A stretch of 54,608 nt of DNA, the filler included, from Catajapyx aquilonaris (Eukaryota): NCBI GenBank assembly GCA_000934665.2. It is 3 parts of 3 records of this genome, joined end to end, with 100 filler letters (N's around TTAATTAATTAA, not from the genome) between each part and the next. Parts side by side here need not be neighbours in the genome. Positions count along the whole stretch, not along the records: positions 36,460 to 54,608 come from JYFJ02006765.1; 2 more parts are not named here. One strand, written 5' to 3'. The notes under the pieces were generated by a model, which saw nothing but the letters and a program-made list of their open reading frames with translations, did no database searches and was not told the origin of the DNA. This document shows, piece after piece, positions 48,901 through 54,608 of the stretch. How positions within the stretch are numbered: the first letter of the stretch is position 1; every line of letters begins with the position of its first letter. The translations under genes were made by a program, and so were the position numbers.

Positions 48901-51193
48901 GATTAAAGAAACAAGTCAATTGGTTACATCCTAATACACATTTTCCACCTTTTATCAGCCAAGGGTACACAGATCCGAACTGTCTATCCCCAAACTAAAA
49001 ATTTCTGCACTAAGCATTCCATCCAGACAAAATTTTACAATAATAATCATAACAACTTCCATATTCTCTTGGAGAATGTGCCATGCCTCCTTTTAAGAGT
49101 CTTTCACATTAGAACTGCTCATCCCTCATTAGCCAATTCATGCAACTCCCTTCTGTATTGCCCACAGCATGGAGCAATGACAGAAGGGAGAAGCAGCACT
49201 AGCCTATGAAAAGGAAACCATCATGGAATGATCCTAGTAGTAATCAGGACAAAACAAAAAAAAACAACAACAAAAAAACACTATCAGTCATAATCATCAG
49301 AACTGGGCTTGAAACCTGGGATCTCCTAAATGACACCCTGACACCTCAGTGCAAAACTGCCCTGGTCTATTTAATAACATGGACTGTATGCTGTAAACTG
49401 GACATGCCAGTAGCCTGATTTATCCAGAAAATGACAGGCGCTACCAGCCAGTCCGACTTTGCAGAAAGTACAGTATTTTGCATTGTGGCATTGAGAATGC
49501 TCTCCTGCAGAACTTGCTGTTCCTTCAGCTCACTCGGCAAACAAGCCCATAGGGAAAATGCCAATCCGCCCCTGTTTGTAATACTAACACTGCAGTTAAA
49601 TGCACCACATTGCAATGCAGAATATTAGGAAAATCAAAAAAACATATCAAAACAAAGCAGTGTGTAGGCAAGCCCAAAATTGAAGCTCCTTGTACTCACC
49701 CATTTGGCTACACCGAGTGACAATATTTATAATCCCTTTAAGCTGACCATCACCTAATCCCCTCCTACTCAATTTCCCTAATCAAACTGAGACTGACCTT
49801 TGAAGTCACTCGTGAGGGAAAAAGGATGCCTCGAGAGGCGGCCTCCTTGCGACTCTGCTCGATGAGCTGCTTTGCCCGCTCCCTCTGCTCCTGATGGCGA
49901 GCAAGTAGGCGCTACGCATATATGTGCAAGGTTCATGGCAGGGCGGGGGTGGAATAAATTTTTTGGTGGGCCAAGGGTGGAGGTGGGAGGGGGGAAAAAA
50001 ATCGAAGAAGAAATGCAAACTTAGTCCACTCCTGCTACCCATTTCAGAGCCATGTAGGTGGTCGCAGGTGATGATAGGGGGGGGGGTGTTGGGTAATTTT
50101 TTGATGGGGGGTGATGGAGCAAAGGGGGGGAAGTGATGGGCAACACTTTTTGAAACGTCACACTGTTTGATATGATCAGAAAGGTCTTTGTTGTCACTGG
50201 ATGCAATGTCCTAATAATGGGTGTAAAATGTAACAATTTTTGTCATGTGATGCTCAGACCTGTGATATTTCTCCAAGAGGGCAGTGGGGTGGGAGGGCAA
50301 GGTAGAAAGAAGGGCCTATTCAAGCCAATAGAAACGTCTTGATAGAAACAAAATTTCCTCAATCTGTATACACCATTGTCTGGAGAACAGTGCAGACCAC
50401 TTACATGACTGTGCAAAAGGCAATCAAAGGAGAAGGGCAAGCAAGAGAGAGAAAGAGAGAGCGAGAGAGAGGGGGGAGGGGGGGGGGGGGAAACAGTAAT
50501 TGTGCAGAAAACTCTGTGCATAGCCAAAAGCTTACCAACAAACCATGCATGGCAATAAAATTGGAAAACAAGACAGCAAAACGAAGAGCGATGCACTATG
50601 TGTAAATAACTCGTAACATGTTTCTGAGATATCGCTGCTTTTTAGTACCATGTTGGAACTGACATCTCCTTGAGAAGATTCATTGGCCCATTCAGTTGTG
50701 CTTGCAGGCAAACATTCTGAAGGGGTGAGCCCCAAGATGGGGAACTCGAAGTTAGCCTTCTCGTCCTCACCAACCGATGGTGTCTCCACTGACAAACATA
50801 GGGCTTCCTCCCTCATCAGCAACCTTAGAGCTGGGTTCATTATTCCCTTTGGCACCTCTTTAATTTCATTCTCAATTACTGCTTCTCCCTGAGTTTTCTT
50901 CTCAACCACCACCTCTTTCTCTAGATTATCATTTGGAGCAATGGGTAGTGGTTCATCTTTCGACAACTCCTCAACAGGCTCATCATCAGTGTCATACAGG
51001 AACTCTTCTATTTCATCTGTCCCATCATTCAGGATGATTTCAGGCACCTCCTCACTTTCATGGCAACTCTCCTCACCCAGGAGGTCTCCACTAGGCACTT
51101 GTGTTGTGGATGCAGCAGTGGGAGAGGCATCCAGATCACTTAGTTCCTCAGGAGATGCCCTGGGTGCCTGTTTCCCTATTATACTCTCTAACA
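36934..51193 (-). CDS. EHBP1: EH domain-binding protein 1 orthologue, internal part (exons 51193-50649 tentative, 49911-49798, 48090-47895, 45818-45559, 45474-45357, 42303-42204, 37007-36934)
   Basis: Spliced translation gives RLLARHQEQRERAKQLIEQSRKEAA, ERQLMLRKQARLLIAEAKQG and the bMERB domain YVQIQLQALEREQKQIDMQAGKLEKSLRAVMENG|QSKEEEEKMIHEWFTLVNKKNAILRHQMQLNIQ|EKEHDLGRRFKTLTEELRRVLSIE. Phases are consistent. Several of these exons are absent from the ORF track. Confidence 0.9.
37527..37962. mobile_element. Palindromic MITE in an EHBP1 intron
   Basis: TACCGGCAATGTGTGAAAT vs ATTTCACACATTGCCGGTA; CACGCTCCAGGGACAAAGTTTGGGCTA vs TAGCCCAAACTTTGTCCCT..TGGAGCGTG. Confidence 0.7.
43057..43437. mobile_element. 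Tc1/mariner-type MITE
   Basis: TA|CAGTACCCTGCATTAATGGCCATGCACAGACATCGCCA and its exact reverse complement ending at 43437|TA. Confidence 0.85.
43715..43975 (+). mobile_element. SINE fragment: tRNA B box followed by an RTE 5'-UTR-like segment
   Basis: GAGTTCAAATCC followed by GTGGTGGGAGGGCTTG..GATCCTAAGAGCTAT..GGCAGGGTCTCCC, which resembles the conserved 5' region of RTE/Expander LINEs as I recall it. Boundaries are approximate. Confidence 0.5.
43982..44809 (-). pseudogene. Internally deleted, decayed mariner element
   Basis: TIRs GAGGGTCGGTCATAAAGT / ACTTTATGACCGACCCTT. Remnants: HTH (VIGFLLLKG..IHAELVSVYGDNAPSYDTVVRW), WVLRLL, ITMDE..YHYDPETK and C-terminal WEKCV; most of the catalytic domain is missing. 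Confidence 0.85.
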
Positions 51194-54100
51194 CTGGTTG
51201 GGGAGATTGAGGAGAGGTGGATGATTCCTCCTCCTCGCCTCCTTCTACCTCATCATCACTCTATAAGAACAGGGGGTGGGAAGGGCACGAAAAGATAGGG
51301 GCAGAGGGTCAGTTAATGCGGAATTACATTTCCGAGGAACTTGAATTTCATTGGTGTGGTAAAAGCAAAACTGGATGTGTAGGAGCCTCAATGTGGAAGA
51401 TAATATGCTCTGTGGTGCAGCTAATGTGTAAGTGCTGGTAAGTAGTGTTATCAGGTCAAAGTACATTTTCCCCCTGAAGTAATTCTTACTTCCAAGGTAT
51501 TCAGATATAAGTATGATTGCAAGATAGTGTCTTGCAGGTCTGCTTGTGATGCACATATCCTACTCGCATGTGGGTGCACGTTCTAAGGCTAAGGTCTCAA
51601 AATTAATGTGAGTTAATTCTGCATGAAAATTAATCTACAAGTGTTTCACTCCCACTTCAAATATTCTCAATAACTTACAGGGACATGTCTAGCATTAATA
51701 AAAATACTGCACACAATTAAGTTGCAGCTGACTACATATAGCAGCAAAATTTATAATGATGATACACTGTGCCAACAAAACTTTCATTATACATCTCTCT
51801 TTGCTAATGATATAAATTTATGTGGACTTTACACAATTTAAAAATCTGCAGTGGATTATAATGTTCTAGGAAGAACAGGCGCTTGCTACAGGCCTATTCT
51901 CAAGTGCATGTATAGCGCACAAAAGTGACCCTGCATGCTCCCTTGAACCGGTGAATGTTAGACACATGAAATAAATATTTTACACGCACATGCTTCTCAC
52001 CCAGTCAGCAAGGGAGCATGTAGACCTACCTTTCCCCTTTACTCATGTACTGGCAAATAGGCCTGAACCATTCATCAATGTAGAATGTGTGTAACTGTCT
52101 CCATGGTCTCTTTTGGTTCCCCCCACCCTGCAATTGTGTGTGAATAGGTCATCAACAGTGAACATGTCAACATGTTGTGAATATCTATAACCAGTTTCTT
52201 CAGGTTTTGTAACACCTGTGGGCATATCATACACATCCCACATCAAGAAGCACAAAAGTGACCAATATTTGCATAGGAAACATATTGGTCTAATGAATCA
52301 TGCATGAGTTCATTACAGCAAGACTATACATACAATCTGACCTACAAATTGACATTTTTCAACTCTGCCATAATGCTTTTGAGAGGATTAGTTGCAGGAC
52401 TGATTTTATCTTGTGCCGCGATAATTTGTAGTTGAAATTATTTCTAATAATATTAGGTGAAAAAGTGAACTCCCAGTTAGTTCTCCGAGTATGAAATTAC
52501 AGGTTTGAAAGTCACAACAATTTTCTGGCTTTTAAAATGGCTGCAGAAGGCGCTTGACAGCTCCCAGTAGACATTACACAATTTTTATAGTTGCATATTG
52601 TTCATTAAAACCAATATTTAATAAACTGAATGATTTCGAAACGGGATTGCACAATGTGGCAACACCTCAAACAGTGTCCTGCAATGAAAAAAATGGAACT
52701 TGCACATAACAATTTCATTTAATTTCAAATCTAGTGAATATGTCTGTCTAAACTTTGGCATACACCATCGTCACATATACAAAAATTATCATTTTGGAAG
52801 GTTCCTAGCACCTTCTGTGGCTATTTGAAGAGTAAAAAAATTTCAAAAAGGCAACTTTCAATCCCAGATTTTCACTATCCCAAGAGCATATAAGGAAAAA
52901 ATGGAAGTTCACTTTTTCATTTAATATTGTTAGAAATTATTTTTTCCATTAAAATTATTGTGGCACACAACAATATCAATCCTGCAACAGACACTTCACA
53001 AACCATTCTTGGCAATTAAGATTTCATATAAAACTTTCCTTGCAGGGGTCACTGTAGGTCTAGAAATAAAATGCATTATGGATGAAACCTATTCAGTCCA
53101 GTTTCTCACTAATTTTGCAAGTCCTGACAATACTGACAATCAGGAGAGGTAAGGTTATCTTCCTATTTATCAATATTTTGGAAAAGTTCCTTCCATAAAG
53201 CATGAATATCTGTAAAATTTTATATTTATATTTCAGTGTCTTTTACACAGTATGAATCCGGCCTTTAAAAAACGATAACAAATTGTGGAATGCTCATAAA
53301 CACACATCTTCATTATAGCTCTATGCCCCATATCGCATTTTGATTAATCACTCCACAATTATCCAATCACTAAATTCACGAGAGAGAATTTACAAATTGC
53401 AATTGAACTTGCTGCAATCAACATGTGTCCAGACACTGGTATGTCCAGACAACTTGTAAGGGAACTTACAGAAAAGTGTATTATACTTTCGGTGTTCACA
53501 ACCATGCCCAAGCATCGTATTAAACTAGTTTTAGCAAGTTTTGTTGCATTGCATAAAATGCATTAGGTTGCTACCTAAATATCAGCACAGCCTTACGTAA
53601 AGCCCATAGAATTTGCACTGAACTTCATATCAGTTCCTTCTGCACAGTTAGCAATTCAACCCTTACATTCCATTGAGATTGTTTTAACCTTTGAAGTAGC
53701 ATCTGTAGTACTGTACACTTCCAATGAAAGTAACAGTTAACATTTTGCACTGGAGTGGCTGGATCTCAAGTACTCCTTGAAGTCAATAAGCAGCATTTCC
53801 TCTGTTATATACTCAGCTGTAGTACCTGCATAGCACAAACCAACTCCTGACTTATCACCTCATTGTAAATATACTTTTACATTTGGATTCAAGCTTTTGC
53901 ATTCCACTAGGTAAAACACAACTCTGATCATAATAAAGCCTCTCATTTATAACTAGGGGTGTCTAATTCTCGTGAGTTCGGACTAGGTGGGACTTCCTGT
54001 TTCTATAAAACTGCTCATTCAGAAACACAGAATAGGCTTAAACCCACCTAGTATGAGACTAGTGTGGAATTAGAGGGTATGCTGGGGGAGATTTATATTT

Positions 54101-54608
54101 TTTAGATGGACAAGGATGGTCTAAGTTATGGCATAACTTTGTATGCCTAACAGTGTCTCAGTAGCTAACTGGTGGTGCACATACTTCTAAAACTCATGAT
54201 GTTATCAATCAAATTCTTCTAGGCACTTCAATTAAGGCTAATATTGTTATTTTATTGCTGGGGTGCATGAGTGATAGTAAATCCTGAACAAGCGGTTGGC
54301 CCTTATTACCCATTGATGGTACCAATATTCTAAACAAATTAATAACAAGGGTTAAACATTTGTCCATGGTTTACTATTGATCCCCTTCAGATCCTGAACT
54401 GCAATAAATTTTCAAGCTCAACTTCAACCCCATTTGCATACAAAGTTAAGGATTGAACACACACATTTGCAGGCATTTTTAGTGAGAAAATTCAAGCATA
54501 TTTCTGGTTGCCACAATGGGGAACTAGCCTTGGTCTGGGATTTGGGATTTTTGTTCATAACTAGCTAGCCCATGCCCGTAAACATACATTCCATCACTCT
54601 GTTGCATC

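Noticed and set aside
49700..49707. Possible 8-nt microexon (TAG|CCAAATGG|GTGAGT, minus strand) in EHBP1
   Set aside because: It would shift the frame between two phase-0 junctions and is unsupported without transcripts.
52030..52127. Possible upstream EHBP1 exon with good splice sites
   Set aside because: The only open frame ends in phase 2, which is incompatible with the phase-1 acceptor at 51193, and no homology was recognised.

Overview
This is eukaryotic genomic DNA, animal and most likely arthropod judging by the Ash2 sequence. It is not one locus: three ~18.1-kb contigs (1-18131, 18232-36359, 36460-54608) are joined by identical artificial 100-bp linkers (N44-TTAATTAATTAA-N44), so adjacency across the linkers is not evidence of synteny. 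Contig 1 holds the first two coding exons of GPATCH11 (minus strand) and an intact full-length LINE (ORF1 plus APE-RT-CCHC ORF2) nested inside a tRNA-derived SINE, with both target-site duplications (TSDs) readable. It also holds several other SINEs and MITEs, and an intact mariner inserted in a higher-order satellite. Contig 2 holds a tandem pair of rapidly diverging three-exon F-box/LRR genes, a small orphan ORF, and six exons of Ash2/ASH2L, with a ~2-kb long-TIR element in one Ash2 intron. Contig 3 holds central and 3' exons of an EHBP1 orthologue (bMERB domain), a deleted mariner and MITEs. The most interesting observations are: (i) a covarying 3' stem-loop shared by the LINE and several unrelated SINEs, together with tail swapping within one SINE family; (ii) LINE ORF1 and ORF2 in the same frame, separated by a single TGA; (iii) F-box paralogues whose substrate-binding region appears to diverge quickly relative to their shared intron; (iv) an RGG-type insertion in the Ash2 SPRY domain. 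I found no prokaryotic system, CRISPR array, rRNA or genuine tRNA gene. All homology calls are from recalled motifs, and all alignments were done by eye.
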